DNA of 64,000 bases from Octopus sinensis (lineage: Eukaryota): contig NC_042999.1 in NCBI RefSeq assembly GCF_006345805.1, positions 66,030,001 through 66,094,000 on the forward strand, read 5' to 3'. Position 1 is the stretch's first letter. Each line of letters opens with the position of its first letter. A program made the position numbers and the translations under genes. Positions 12,558 through 26,560 of this stretch are shown in pieces. The notes beneath the pieces were generated by a model. The model worked only from the letters and a program-made list of their open reading frames with translations, did not search any database and had not been told where the DNA came from.

Positions 12558-13814
12558 TTGGGTTGGCAACTAATTTCCCACCGTTTTTTTTTCAATTTTG
12601 GAATTTATTGCGTTTTTAAATTTTGGAATCTATTTTTTTCGAGAATTCTATTTTTGAATCACTTTGGAATCTATTTTGTATTTTTTTCTTTTTAATTTTA
12701 GTTAATTTTAATTTATTTTCAGATCATTAAAATGGAATATGAAGTTAAGAAAAACGTCTTCTTTTTGCTTTTAATCAAGGTTCTAAGGCTGCAAAAGATG
12801 CTCGCGACATTTGTGCTGTGTATGGAGAGAATGCCATAGCTGACAGAACCGCTCGTGATTGGTATGTCAAGTTCAAAAATGGAAATTGTGACCTCAAAGA
12901 CGCACCTCGTTCTGTCTGTCCAGTTGAGTTCAATGAAGGGCGATTAAACGAACTATTGAACGAAAATTCTTGTCAAACAACAAAGGAAGCGGCAGAGAAA
13001 ATGGAATGCTCCCACACTGCTAGGGTGAAGTATCTTCTCTCGATGGGAAAGGTTCAGAAGTATGGAGCATGTGTTCCGCATGCTTTAAGTGACAACAACA
13101 AAAATCAACGAGCCACAATCTCCGCTGATTTGCTTGCTCGTCACCGCTCAACTCATGGACAGAAGCAACGATTTATTACCGAATCGTTATTGGCGACGAA
13201 ATATGGTGCCTGTACATCAATATGAAACAGCATAAGGTATGGCTTAGCGCCGGTAAACAAGCGACACCGTGCATGAAACAAGATCTTCATCCACGTAAAA
13301 CGACGTTGTGCGTCTGGTGGGATTGGGAAGGTATCATCCATTACGAATTGCTTCAACGGAACCAGACGGTCAACAGATGGAACCAGTCAACACTGCAATT
13401 CAAGAGAAAAGACTTAATCAGCAGCATGGAGTTCTTTTGCTGCACAACAGCGCCCGCCCTCATATCGGCAATATGACCAAGGATTCCATTCCGACGCATG
13501 GCTGGGAAGTGCTGCCACACCCAACGTACTCTCCAGATTTGGCACCAACGGATTTCCACTTCTTTCGATCTACTTCAAATGCTATGCGCGGAGTTTCGTT
13601 CAATACTGATGGAAAATTAAGAGTTTGGTTGGATCAATTTTTCAAGTGGAAATCGGGTGACTTCTACCACCGAGGTATTGAAAATTATTTTAAACGTTGG
13701 GAAGAAGTTGTAAATGACAAGGCTGAATACATTATTGATTAATTAATTGTTATATTTTATTCAACCTTTTAAAAAGTTTTAATTTAAAAAAACGGCGGGA
13801 AATTAGTTGCCAAC

Positions 13815-13818
<4 letters not shown>
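12558..13818 (+). mobile_element. mariner DNA transposon, full length, defective
   Basis: TIRs TTGGGTTGGCAACTAATTTCCC(A/G)CCGTTTTTT at both ends, TA flanks, 1261 bp. Confidence 0.95.
12732..13742 (+). pseudogene. mariner transposase pseudogene
   Basis: CVPHAL (WVPHEL-like), GDE, HNSARPH and YSPDLAPTDFHFF motifs spread over several frames. Confidence 0.95.
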
Positions 13819-13851
<33 letters not shown>

Positions 13852-14163
13852 GCGGGAGAATCTCTAATTTGGATGTACTTGGGGTACATAATTGTGCTCA
13901 TGGCTTAGTTTTTGCTTCTTCCATGGGTATGAGTAAGTATCTCATTTGCTTCTTTGCCACATTTATTACTGACGAAGGGAGGGTTCTTACGAAATAACCC
14001 TGAAATCGGTCCGATTTGGTAATAATGGAATATTTTAGAGATTTTTGTCGACCTTTTTTTGAGTAGCGTGCATATTGTGAAAAATTATATGGTTATGGAC
14101 AGGGTGTCTAATTTCGGCATATTTGGCATTAGAAAGTTTTTCGTTTGCCCTTATTTATAAGTT

Positions 14164-14204
<41 letters not shown>

Positions 14205-14207
<3 letters not shown>

Positions 14208-14340
14208 AACAGATGTATTAGTATAACGCTTAGGAATAGAAAAAGTATTTTACGTTTCGAGCCTACGCTCTTCTACAGAAAGCGACACAGAAAAAAAAAC
14301 AAGGAGAGAAAAAAATGTGTGTAGTGGCTAACGATCTATG
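14205..14340 (-). mobile_element. short PLE-type 3' fragment with hammerhead variant at 14247-14282
   Basis: Minus strand: CUUU-CUGUAGA-A-GAGC(GUAG)GCUC-GAA-ACGU-A-AAAU. Flanked by (TA)n. Confidence 0.55.
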
Positions 14341-14366
14341 CGTATATATATATATATATATATATA

Positions 14367-14531
14367 TTAGGTTGGCAACTAAGTTCCCGCCGTTTTTTAG
14401 ATTTTAATTTTTTAAAAGGTTTAATAAAAAATAACAAAATTAATCAATAATCTATTCAGCCTTGTCGTTTACACCTTCTTCCCAACGAGGTGCTTCTTTG
14501 AGGACACAATTTCCATTTTTCAACTTGGCAT
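14367..14531 (-). mobile_element. internally deleted derivative of the 12.6-kb mariner family
   Basis: 3' TIR and C-terminal coding sequence fused to an N-terminal segment (homologous to about 12862-12912) at an AACG microhomology. Confidence 0.85.
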
Positions 14532-14576
14532 ATATATATATATATATATATTATATATTATTATATAATAATTATA

Positions 14577-14614
<38 letters not shown>

Positions 14615-14668
14615 ATAATATATATATATATATATAATAAATATATAATATATATATAATAATATAAT

Positions 14669-14699
<31 letters not shown>

Positions 14700-14819
14700 G
14701 ATAAATAATATATATATATAATAATTATAATAATATATATAATAATATATATATAAATAACTATATATATATCTATATATATAATATATATATATATATA
14801 ATATATAATAATATTATAT

Positions 14820-14857
<38 letters not shown>

Positions 14858-14981
14858 ATAGATATAATATATATATATATATATAAATATTATATATATT
14901 ATATATATATAAATATAATATATATATATATATATATATAAATATTATATAATATATATATATAAAAATATATCTATATAT

Positions 14982-15013
<32 letters not shown>

Positions 15014-15251
15014 CTATATAATATATATTATATATATATATATATATAAATATATATATAGATCTATATATATAAATATATATATATATATATCTAAATA
15101 TATAATATATATATATATATATAAATATAATATATATATATATAATATAATATATATTATATATATATATATATAATATATAATATATATATATAAATAT
15201 ATATAATAATAGATAATATATATATATATAAATATATATATATATTATATC

Positions 15252-15341
<90 letters not shown>

Positions 15342-15429
15342 CTAATAATATATATATAATATATATATATATAATATATATATAATATATATAAATATTA
15401 TATATATATATATTAATATATATATAATA

Positions 15430-15482
<53 letters not shown>

Positions 15483-15544
15483 TATTATATATATATCATA
15501 TATATCATATATATATATATATAATATAAATAATATATATATAT

Positions 15545-15576
<32 letters not shown>

Positions 15577-15653
15577 CTATATATATATATATAATATATA
15601 ATAATATATATATATAATTAAAATAATATATTATATATATATTATAATAATAT

Positions 15654-15685
<32 letters not shown>

Positions 15686-15732
15686 AATATATTACATATA
15701 TATATCTAAATATATATCTATATATATATAAT

Positions 15733-15764
<32 letters not shown>

Positions 15765-15775
15765 GAATATAATAT

Positions 15776-15835
<60 letters not shown>

Positions 15836-15905
15836 AATATATATATTATATTATATAAATATATATATATAATATATATAACTATATATAATATATATAT
15901 AAATA

Positions 15906-15954
<49 letters not shown>

Positions 15955-16137
15955 AATATATAATATATATATATATAATAATATAATATATATATAAATA
16001 TTATATATATATATATACGATATAAATATATATAATATATATAAATTAATATATATTATTATAATATAAATATAATATATATAATATATAATAATATATA
16101 TATATATATATAATATATTATATATCTATATATATAT

Positions 16138-16173
<36 letters not shown>

Positions 16174-16376
16174 CTATATAATATATATAATATATATATA
16201 TATAAATATATATATATAAAATATATATATATATATAATATATAAATATATATATAAATATAATAATATCTATATAATATAATATATATATATATATAAT
16301 ATATATATATAATATATATATATATATATAAATATATAAATATATTATATATATATATAAATAATATATATATATA

Positions 16377-16449
<73 letters not shown>

Positions 16450-16491
16450 ATATATATATAATAAAATATATAAATATATATAAATATATAT

Positions 16492-16525
<34 letters not shown>

Positions 16526-16530
16526 ATTAT

Positions 16531-16562
<32 letters not shown>

Positions 16563-16565
16563 TAA

Positions 16566-16624
<59 letters not shown>

Positions 16625-16848
16625 ACTATATATAGATATATATAAATATATATATATATTCTAATATATATATATATATAAATATATATAGATAATATAT
16701 ATATATATATATATATATTATATAATATTATATATATATATATAAATATATAATATATATAATATAAATATATAATATATATATAAATTATATATATATA
16801 TAATAAATATATCTATATATATATATATATATATATATAAATATATAT

Positions 16849-16919
<71 letters not shown>

Positions 16920-16999
16920 TAATATATATATATATATAAATATAATATATATATTATATATATAATATATATAATAATAATATATATATATATATATAT

Positions 17000-17032
<33 letters not shown>

Positions 17033-17047
17033 TATATTATATTATAT

Positions 17048-17085
<38 letters not shown>

Positions 17086-17129
17086 TATAATATAAATATA
17101 TATAATATATCAAATATATATATATATAT

Positions 17130-17161
<32 letters not shown>

Positions 17162-17207
17162 AATATATATATATAAATATATATATAAATATATAGAATA
17201 TATAATA

Positions 17208-17253
<46 letters not shown>

Positions 17254-17276
17254 ATAATATATATATAATATAAATA

Positions 17277-17329
<53 letters not shown>

Positions 17330-17435
17330 AATATAATATATATTATATAATAATATATATTATAATATATATATAAATATAATAATAATATATATATATA
17401 TATATATAATAATATATATATATATATAAATATAT

Positions 17436-17471
<36 letters not shown>

Positions 17472-17516
17472 AAATATATATATATATATATATATAATTA
17501 TATATATATATATATA

Positions 17517-17564
<48 letters not shown>

Positions 17565-17632
17565 TATATATATAAATTATATATATAAATATATATAATA
17601 TATATAAATATATATATATATATATAATATAT

Positions 17633-17667
<35 letters not shown>

Positions 17668-17701
17668 AATCTATATATATATATTATATAAATATAATAT
17701 A

Positions 17702-17740
<39 letters not shown>

Positions 17741-17745
17741 GTATG
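14531..17745. repeat. giant (TA)n microsatellite, about 3.2 kb
   Basis: Direct inspection. Almost only T and A. Confidence 0.98.
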
Positions 17746-17885
17746 TATGTTGCATGTATTTATTCATATATATAAATGTATGTATACATATGTGTGGGGT
17801 TGTATTTGCATATATGTATTTATCTATCTATATAGGCGCATGTGTTTACGAAAGATAAAATATATAACATTGGAAGCAATTTGTC

Positions 17886-18303
17886 TCAATACTTATTCTA
17901 CTGGTCTCTTTTGCCGAACCGCTAAGTTACGGGGACGTAAACACACTAGCATCGGTTGTCAAGCGATGTTGGGGAGGGGCAAACACAGACATACAAACAC
18001 ACACATATATATATATGTATATAAATATACACACACATATATATATATATACACACACACACACATATATATATACACACACACACATATATATATACAC
18101 ACACACATATATATATATATACACACACACATATATATATATATACACACACACACACATATATATATACACACAACCCACACATATATATACACACACA
18201 TATATATATATACACACACACATACACATATATATATATACACACACACACACACATATATATACACACACACACACACATATATATACGCACACACACA
18301 CAC

Positions 18304-18362
<59 letters not shown>

Positions 18363-18535
18363 CATATATATATGACGGGCTTCTTTCAGTTTCCGTCTAC
18401 CAAATCCACTCACAAGGCTTTGTTTAGCCGAGGCGATAGTAGAAAACAATTTCCCAAGGTGCCACGCAGTGGGACTGAACCCGGAACCATGTGGTTGGTA
18501 AGCAAGCTACTTACCACACAACGAACCCCTGCGCC
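17886..18535 (-). mobile_element. tRNA-derived SINE, family C (GCAGGAGTGGCTGTGTGG head) with expanded internal CA/TA microsatellite
   Basis: Reverse complement matches 38207-38612. 3' terminal tail missing. Confidence 0.9.
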
Positions 18536-19673
18536 TATATGTGAACGTTATGTATTAAATGTCTTTTTATGTAAACAGAAATATTCTATGACATATAATA
18601 TCTTTTTATTTTTATAATTCACATTCTAATTTGCCTTTCATCTACTCAGAGACGTAAAAAAAAGAGCAAGCAGTATATTCGATCGACAAAACATGGCGTG
18701 ATTTTTTAGTATACTGGAACACTTGCTGGGGAAAGAAAGTAAATCCCTTGTAGCGCAAAGTGCTGGAACCGGAACATGTAATTGTGAAACTCACTTACTA
18801 ATCATACATCCATGCTTCAAAAGTATTTCTTCATTTATTTTACTATTAAATTCTATATTTAAATGGATACATAACAGACGAAAGAAAAACGAGTCCGGCA
18901 TATTATGCCAGATCTAATAGACTCAACACATGTCTTCTGATTCCTAAAAAAAAGGATGACGCATTCGATTACATAGTCGTAAGTGCAATATTTCTGCAAA
19001 GCACAGGCTCGTTTATATCTAGAATGATTTCGCTCATAAATTTATTGCGTCGCACTTTTCGTGGGCTTAACAGAAACAACTGCCTTTAGTCAAACAAATG
19101 ATGTAGTTGTTCTAAATCTTTGAAGCCTCTTGCAATTAACTGTACTTTTTGAATGAAGTAGCAGAGCTGCCTCGAAATATTTAAATTGAAGACCTGAGAA
19201 ATGAATTGAAATTTTGAAAGACATCATTGAACTGTTAAGGCGTTTGCCTCGTAAGCACATAATACAGAATTTGTCCTCTTTGTTCGGCATCTTGATTATG
19301 TATCTTCTATGTCCTCCATTTGAGTGGTGTCATAAAAAAAGAATTTGTTAAATAGAAACTATAAATAGCGCCTACGAACTCAATAGCATATATGTACATC
19401 CAAACATCTATTTATTTGTTGGAATAAATGTCCAAATTCGTCCTAAAACCACTATTTCTCAGCAATTGTTTTACCAAGTTTCCCAGAATGTTCTAGGTGA
19501 AGCCAAGAATAAGATGTACCAAAGTCCAAGGTCATTTCGATGTTTAAAAAAACGATAATCTAATCAAACGATATAGCACGATAGGAATTTGCAATGGAAT
19601 TCATACAATCCATGTCGTCTGTTTGTCATACAACACTCAAATTGTGATTCGGTTTCGCACTACAATATATATA

Positions 19674-19706
<33 letters not shown>

Positions 19707-19709
19707 GTA

Positions 19710-19960
19710 ATTTGATTTGCCTAAAAAATACTTGCCTAAAAAAATGGATCTACAAATTCAATATCCCTACATATGTCACATCTATATTCTTTCCTCTACC
19801 TCACTCTCTATTTTGTATCATATCTAAATTAACTATTACTTAACTATTCTCTCATACCGTCTCCGATGAAAGGATATAATAAATATCCAGGAAACAACTG
19901 TAAGACCTTCTATCTATAAATGTTATAAAATCTACTCAGTCTTGGTTTTTTATTTCACCA
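19710..19960 (+). mobile_element. PLE-type 3' end remnant with hammerhead relic at 19859-19906
   Basis: GUCU-CCGAUGA-AA-GGAUAU(AAUAA)AUAUCC-AG-GAA-AC(AACU)GU-A-AGAC. Upstream LKKWIYKFNIP resembles a PLE ORF end. Confidence 0.5.
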
Positions 19961-19974
19961 CGACAGAAAATTGG

Positions 19975-20005
<31 letters not shown>

Positions 20006-20084
20006 AATATTAGGGAATAAATCCAAATTTACAGGGAAAAATCAGATTTAGGATTAAATCCAATTTTATAGTAAAATATTATAT

Positions 20085-20224
20085 AAACCACTATTTTGCA
20101 AAACAAACCAGGAAAGACTTAATCAATACATAAAATTTTAATAAAAGTCAAAAAAATCAAAAAAATTATCAAAATTTATGTATTGATTAAGTCTTTCCTG
20201 GTTTGTTTTGCAAAATAGTGGTTT
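20085..20224. repeat. inverted repeat with about 54-bp arms and a 31-nt spacer
   Basis: 20085-20139 is the reverse complement of 20171-20224 apart from one homopolymer indel. Confidence 0.95.
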
Positions 20225-20264
20225 TGTCTCTAATAATATTATATATATATATATTATATATATA

Positions 20265-20313
<49 letters not shown>

Positions 20314-20425
20314 ATTAAAATCAAAATGAGGGTGAAAAATTGGATATGAATTTTATAACATCAATTTAACACCAGTGGTCTAGCATATAAAAAACTGAGA
20401 TTCGGTAAATAGTATTTCATACATA

Positions 20426-20589
20426 AATATAAGTGGGAACCACTATGTGGAAACCCTTATGCTAGAAAGAGATCCGCTATGGTCTCAACCACTAAGAATT
20501 GTCCTCCAGAGAACAATTCTTAGTGGTTGAGACCATAGCGGATCACTTTCTAGCGTAAGGGTTTCCACATAGTGGTTCCCACTTATATT
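20426..20589. repeat. near-perfect palindrome with about 80-bp arms
   Basis: AATATAAGTGGGAACCAC...GAATTGTCCTC-CA-GAGAACAATTC...GTGGTTCCCACTTATATT. Three mismatches. Confidence 0.95.
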
Positions 20590-20590
20590 C

Positions 20591-20626
<36 letters not shown>

Positions 20627-22001
20627 CCAAATTCTTGAGTGTGTGGCTATATATGAGTGTATTTGTATATAGATAGGTAGGTTGGTGGACAGATAGACTG
20701 ACAGGTAGCTAGCTAGATAGATAGATAGAGAGAAGGGGTTAGTTGATATAAATATCTTCTGTTTAAAAGTTGAAAGTATTGTAGGTGACACAAGAATCAA
20801 ATTCAATTCTAATTATCCACGAAAGATGTTATATAGTTTGTCTGATGAGTTCAGACTAAAGACAAAAGCCAAGGAGCTTGTGTATATCTTTAAATTACCA
20901 TAATGAGTTTGGCTTCAGGCCATAAATTATTTTGATTTGCACTAATACTATTTCAGAGATGAACACTTTCTGATCTGAATATAGTGAATCTGGCTTAATG
21001 GTAAAACATCAAACCAGACGAATGAAAACGGATGTCTTTGCAGTTAATTATTCATGCTGGATTGAAGTCCTGCCAATTCTAACACCATGAAATTGAAATA
21101 TACATTGATGATGATGATGACGACGGCGGCGACGACGACGACGATGACGATGTCGAGGTCGGTGATGTTGATGATGATGACGTTGTTGTTACTGCTGATG
21201 CTAGTATTATTTATCAAGCATGGTCTGATCCAGCTGACCATTATTGGAAGCATATTAAAATCTAAACTGTAACTCGACTTTTTTCAAAATCGTAATAAAT
21301 GATGAATTCAGGGACGTATGGCTTCTATTTCGAGCGAAGTTAGAGGCTAAATAATAGATTCGTAGTTGATACTGTTATTCTTGTCGTACCACGATGGCTT
21401 AACTCGAGCAGAACTCATTAGGTTTGTCCAATCCATGACCATCCCAATTTTTCTCAGATATATAGAACCTAGAAATTCATCATGTAATGTATTTTCTGCT
21501 TTATGATGACTGGGCTTGTTTTAGAAAGTTCTGGCTGCCATTTCTAGCAGGCCGAGTAGGTGCACTGGCAATACACCGTATTGACTAAAGCAATGCAATC
21601 TTAATATATTTATTATCTCGAACAGTACGTTGCACTAAGTGACTTCCCTACTTAGCGTTAAATTTCTAAATGAAATATTTGTAACTCCGAACGTGTATTC
21701 AAATCACATGAAAGAAATTTTCTGTTAACATTCTAAACTAGAAACCATTTGGTTGATTACGAAAGCGCTGGGGTACAGAGAGTAGAAGAAATGGACCAGC
21801 AAATTAAATTTATTGCCGCAGTTACTTATCGAACTTTGTAAAACTTCACTGTAATCAATCAAAATTACTTTATGTAACGTAGATTTGGTAAACTTCTTTC
21901 ATCATAGACTCGGTTCTCCTGAAAGTATCTGAGGTCAAAATGAAATTTGGAAGACTAAAACTGTTTAGAAGAGCGTTGGGTGAAACGGAATGTACACTTA
22001 C

Positions 22002-22139
22002 AATTCTTGAGTGGTAGACTAAATCCGTTCTTTGGTTTAACAACGGTACCATCTGGCCTTTTATGCATTTTGGCTGCGGCCACTCTCTTCCAAGCAGTAG
22101 GTACATATCTCTGATCTAAGGATAGCATATTTTCTTTCT
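22002..22139 (-). CDS. candidate internal exon of an unidentified host gene
   Basis: Open frame KENMLSLDQRYVPTAWKRVAAAKMHKRPDGTVVKPKNGFSLPLKN ending at a GTAAGT donor. AG acceptors give 138 or 114 nt, both multiples of 3. No homology recognised. Confidence 0.3.
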
Positions 22140-22874
22140 CTACCAAATTTCAAATGTCCTGAAATTTCAGTAATCCATAAAAAATGTAAACTAAACTGTA
22201 GAGGTGACTGTATCAAACCACTGAACCCATGGTACATAAATTAAAGAAGGTACAGCGATAAATGTCAATTCTGCACACAAATATAATTTGAAATTGAAGC
22301 CTACAGTGATATGGCTACTTGTTATCTAGTTTAAATCGTTCATTCGTTTGTATTTTCGTACGTAATGCAATGAGCAATATTATTTAAATTATAATCACTA
22401 TCTTCTAACTTCAGTAAAAGGTATAAGCAAAGGGGAAAAGGTTACAGAAGAAATGCCTAGTAATATCATTTCTTTTATTTTTAATTGATGAGTTCAAATC
22501 CGAATAAGGTTTTCTAAGCATTTCATCCATATAAATTTCCAAGACACGTCTAGGAAGCACCAGCGATATATTTGGGATGATTAGTCTTTTACGCCCTTTC
22601 ATAAATTGTGACCTTGTGCAGGAGTTAATAAACGCTAAGTACTAAATACTCCAAGTTTTAGATTACTTGTTCAACATACGTCATGAAATTTTAACGTTTA
22701 TTACCCCCTAGGAGCTCTGAATTGTAGAATGAGTAGAACTGCAGTCGCGATTACTTGCACATTTCAACTTCTTATTTAATTAAATAACATTGAAACGTGT
22801 TCACCAATACCCAGCTACAAAGCATTACCTGCATGTCATTATTATATACAGCTATTTTTATTACCTCTAGTAGG

Positions 22875-23086
22875 AAGGTCGTGTCGTGTTAGAATCCTTA
22901 ACATGACGGACAAAATTTGTAGCGGCATTTCTTTATGTTCTGAGTCGAAATGCCGCCAAGGCCGACTTAGCCTTCCATTCTGTCGAATTAGGCAAAATTA
23001 ATAACCCGAGTACCGGGGTCGATGTAATAGATTATTACTGCCCCTCCAAATTTCAGGCCTTGTGCCTAAAACAGAAAGGATTATTA
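22875..23086 (+). mobile_element. degenerate family A SINE, AAATTTCAGGCCTTGTGCC tail variant
   Basis: GGGGTCGATGTAAT body and variant tail. Confidence 0.7.
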
Positions 23087-25513
23087 TACTTATTTGCTTG
23101 TTAGATAAATGATATAATAACCAATGAACAAATATTAAAGGACTGAGAATAAATGGAAGGCTAAATCAATAAAAGAAATGTTATTCTAGTATAAATTCAA
23201 TTTCAGATACAACATTTTACTGAAAGAATTTTAACAACTGAATGCAGAATTTTTACCACATTGTACCCAGATATATTTGAAAAATACAAGACAACTACCA
23301 ATTGAGTAAGGAAGTAGTAGTGCAGTCAAATATAATACAAAAGGTCAAAATTGATATGATTAATTACGACTCGTAAATCGATATTTCTTTATGATTGATT
23401 GTAAAATATACTTCGGCTTCATAAGCATAAAAATTGCCAAATGATAAATCTAATTTCTTTTTGAGAGCTTTGCTAAAAATAACACCTTGCAATTTTTATT
23501 ATTTCGGGTAGAATTAAAATCAGAAATACCCATTGACTTTTTGAGTGAAAACTTTACATTCTAGACTATTATCGGTTGGTTGATTTGAAACAAGTTCTCG
23601 AGATATATGATAGTGTATAAGCGTTTAAATCAAACGTGAAACCTTACTGGTACGGAAAACACGAGTGGTAAATTCGTCTTCGAACATATTTCAGCTGAGA
23701 TAATATAAGTAATTAAGTAACTCTGCTAGGTTGGCAAACGTTTAGCATTTTCTGACAATGAACTCCGCTAGTATAGTCCACCATTTCATATTTAATTAAT
23801 GAGGTGATTATATCATAGACCACGTGCAACTGCAATCCTAATAATATTCCAAAAGAAAACAGGTACGTTTTTGTCAGATTTTCCGATTTCCAAGAAACGC
23901 TAGCTAAATCTTTCGCAAATATTATCTGAAAAGTGAAATAAAACCTCAGGTAATGTGATTTTGAAATCATTCTGCCTAAATATGGGCTAATACATGCGTG
24001 GACCAGAAGCAAAATATTGTTTAAAGTTCAGCCTACTTTCTTACAAGTGTAAGGGAACATTGAATGATAAGATTTGGATAGAATATGCATGAATTAAGCT
24101 ATGATCGTCTCGACTGGATCGTCTTTGAACATAGCCACAGTTGATCTTGTCTTTGCAGGAGGGTTAATAAGAACAACTGTAACGTCAATGACAGCAATAA
24201 TTTAAAGGCGTTAATGATGTATTTGAAGATTTGAATTTGTGCGTTCAAAACATACAAGGAATACAATGGAAGCTCGATAGTTGAACATTAGAATTCTAAG
24301 AGTTATTTTTCTGGTTTGCATCTGTAGGTGGTAATTCAATAGAAAGGGGAAACTAAATAATTTTAATGAGCCCCGAGTATTGGAGACTTTCTCAGCTCAA
24401 AGCTCTTTAAAATGTCAATATATATATTCAAATAAAAAACCCATATAAATGGGGAGTAGATGTAGCTGGAATGTTACTGACAAAAAATACGAATGTCAAA
24501 CGATTTTATTTCTTTCTCTAATTTATTTCTCACCGTCTAAAATCCTAAATTATATTTTCTATTTAATTCACAAAATAAAACTCGTTTGAATACTTGAAGG
24601 TATTTATTAGTCGCTAATTGTTGAAGCTGTCAAGTCAGAATGATATATGTAAATCTAAAGGAATTTCAAATGAATAAATTTAGAAATTTGAACTGAAGGG
24701 GGAATGATAAATGCAAATAGTTCATTTGATTTTATGCTAAGGCAATTTTTGTTTGAAGATAGGTGAGAACCAAAGGTATATATATATAGAGGGAGAACCA
24801 AATGTTTCTATCCTCCTAATCTCGTGTAATTATTTTATCAACTGCAGTAAGAGATAACCGTTTTTAAATATAATCTCCGCTGGGTTTGAGACAATAACGG
24901 GGAGGTCACATGTACTTTACAGATGTGATGGTACAGATGAAATAATGATTTATCGCATTAGCACAAAGTTGCACTGTTGTAAAGGAATTATGGAGACGCT
25001 TCAATCAACCTCGGTAAATACATGCTACTTAAGATGTCGGCCCTAGAGCGATGAAAGGCAAAGGTGACATAGATGTGATGTGATTTAAAGTCAGAGATTA
25101 CAAACGATTTATTCAAAATACGAGAGTATATAATTATACTGTGTAGTATTTTTCATACATTCTCGATAGATATATTCTGATTATTTTAACTGTTACATGT
25201 TTCAGTCGTTCTGATATGTTTATATTTTATTTTTACTTTCTTTTCGAATAATTTATATGAAAGAACTGTAAAAGTTATACCTACAGAGAAAAACCAATAC
25301 GAATTCTTACAAAAGACTTGACTCATAAGACATCTAAATGCTTGCTGGTGTTGCTAAACTGAGAGTTGTATTGGTTAAATATACTATCCAAGAACAGGAA
25401 ATGTCCCTGAAATTTCCTTTAAGATGGGCTTTCGACAGATATCCCTCAACAAAAATTTCTTCATGATACAAGACTGCAGTAGAATGAAGTTACTCAAAGT
25501 ATCGCAAAGTATA

Positions 25514-26560
25514 CTGAATCAGAAAAGAAAAGCGAGACGTGGGTGACTGTGATATTTATTTTAATTTCATTATCTCAGAGATAAATTTTCATAAATATGA
25601 TAACGTCAATTTTTTTAATGCAGTTTGAGTACAATCTATGGGTCGTTGTCATGTGTTCTGGTAGTGGACAGATCCAGCACATCGAGATTGTAGGGCGTGA
25701 TATGTTCAATGCCGTGTATGCTCCCCCTGGGTGTTCAAAATGACCATAAACCATCGGTACATGGAATGCATAAGGCGGTTAACAAAACCACACCCTGAGT
25801 AAAGCTGCCATCAGTTCCACACGAGTTTTTGGCCTTGGGACCACCTGATTTCATCCCACAGTGTTCAATTGGGTTCAAATCCGAGATGAGAGCCGGTCAC
25901 ATTATGGTTCTGATGTTATGCTGACGCAGGAAGACCATGGTAACCCTGGTCTTGTGCGTGGGAGCATTGTCCTGCTGGAACACGGGCCTATGGTGACGCG
26001 TGAAGAAGGGCACGATGTGACGTCTTAGGGTCTGGTCAACAAAGCGCTGCCCTGTGATGCCATTCCCTCTGCCTGCACCAACATTGTCGAATATATGGGG
26101 GCTAATTTTCTGATTCAGGCCTATAGCACCCCAAACCATGATGCTTTGGCCAACCCACGCGTTTCTCTCCATGACACATCCGTCTCTGTACCTTTCGCCC
26201 CTCCTACGCGACACTCTCATTCTGCCACCTTCCGAGGTGGAAACGCAGTACCAGTTCTCTCGTCAGAGAAAACTATCGACCTCCATTGTTGATGCCGCCA
26301 ATGTCGGTACTGAGTGTGGCGGGTGGTGAGGACATGGTCTGCAGTGCTCTTTGTGTTGTATCGCTGTTGTAGGCGATAAATGGTGCTGGCCTGGACATTG
26401 TAAGCTTTCGCAACCACCAGGGCATGCTGCCCTGCTTGCGATCGGCCTATAGCTTGTTCTCTCTGCGCTAACTTTATTATTACGGGTTTATGCGTCAAAT
26501 GGAATGAGTTAACATTCTCATTATATTTATGAATGAAAGTGCAAGAATTATTTTCAGGCG
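25514..26560 (-). mobile_element. Tc1-like (DD34E) transposon remnant
   Basis: FSDE, IMVWGAIG and QQDNAPTH...SDLNPIEH with 34-residue D-E spacing (contains one stop). Probable TA-flanked end at 25514; other end unclear. Confidence 0.85.

Noticed and set aside
20842-20870. CUGAUGAG match
   Set aside because: No stem II closure or GAAA box; chance match.
21044-21272. ORFs with poly-M/T/V runs
   Set aside because: They derive from (GAT/GAC)n trinucleotide repeats.
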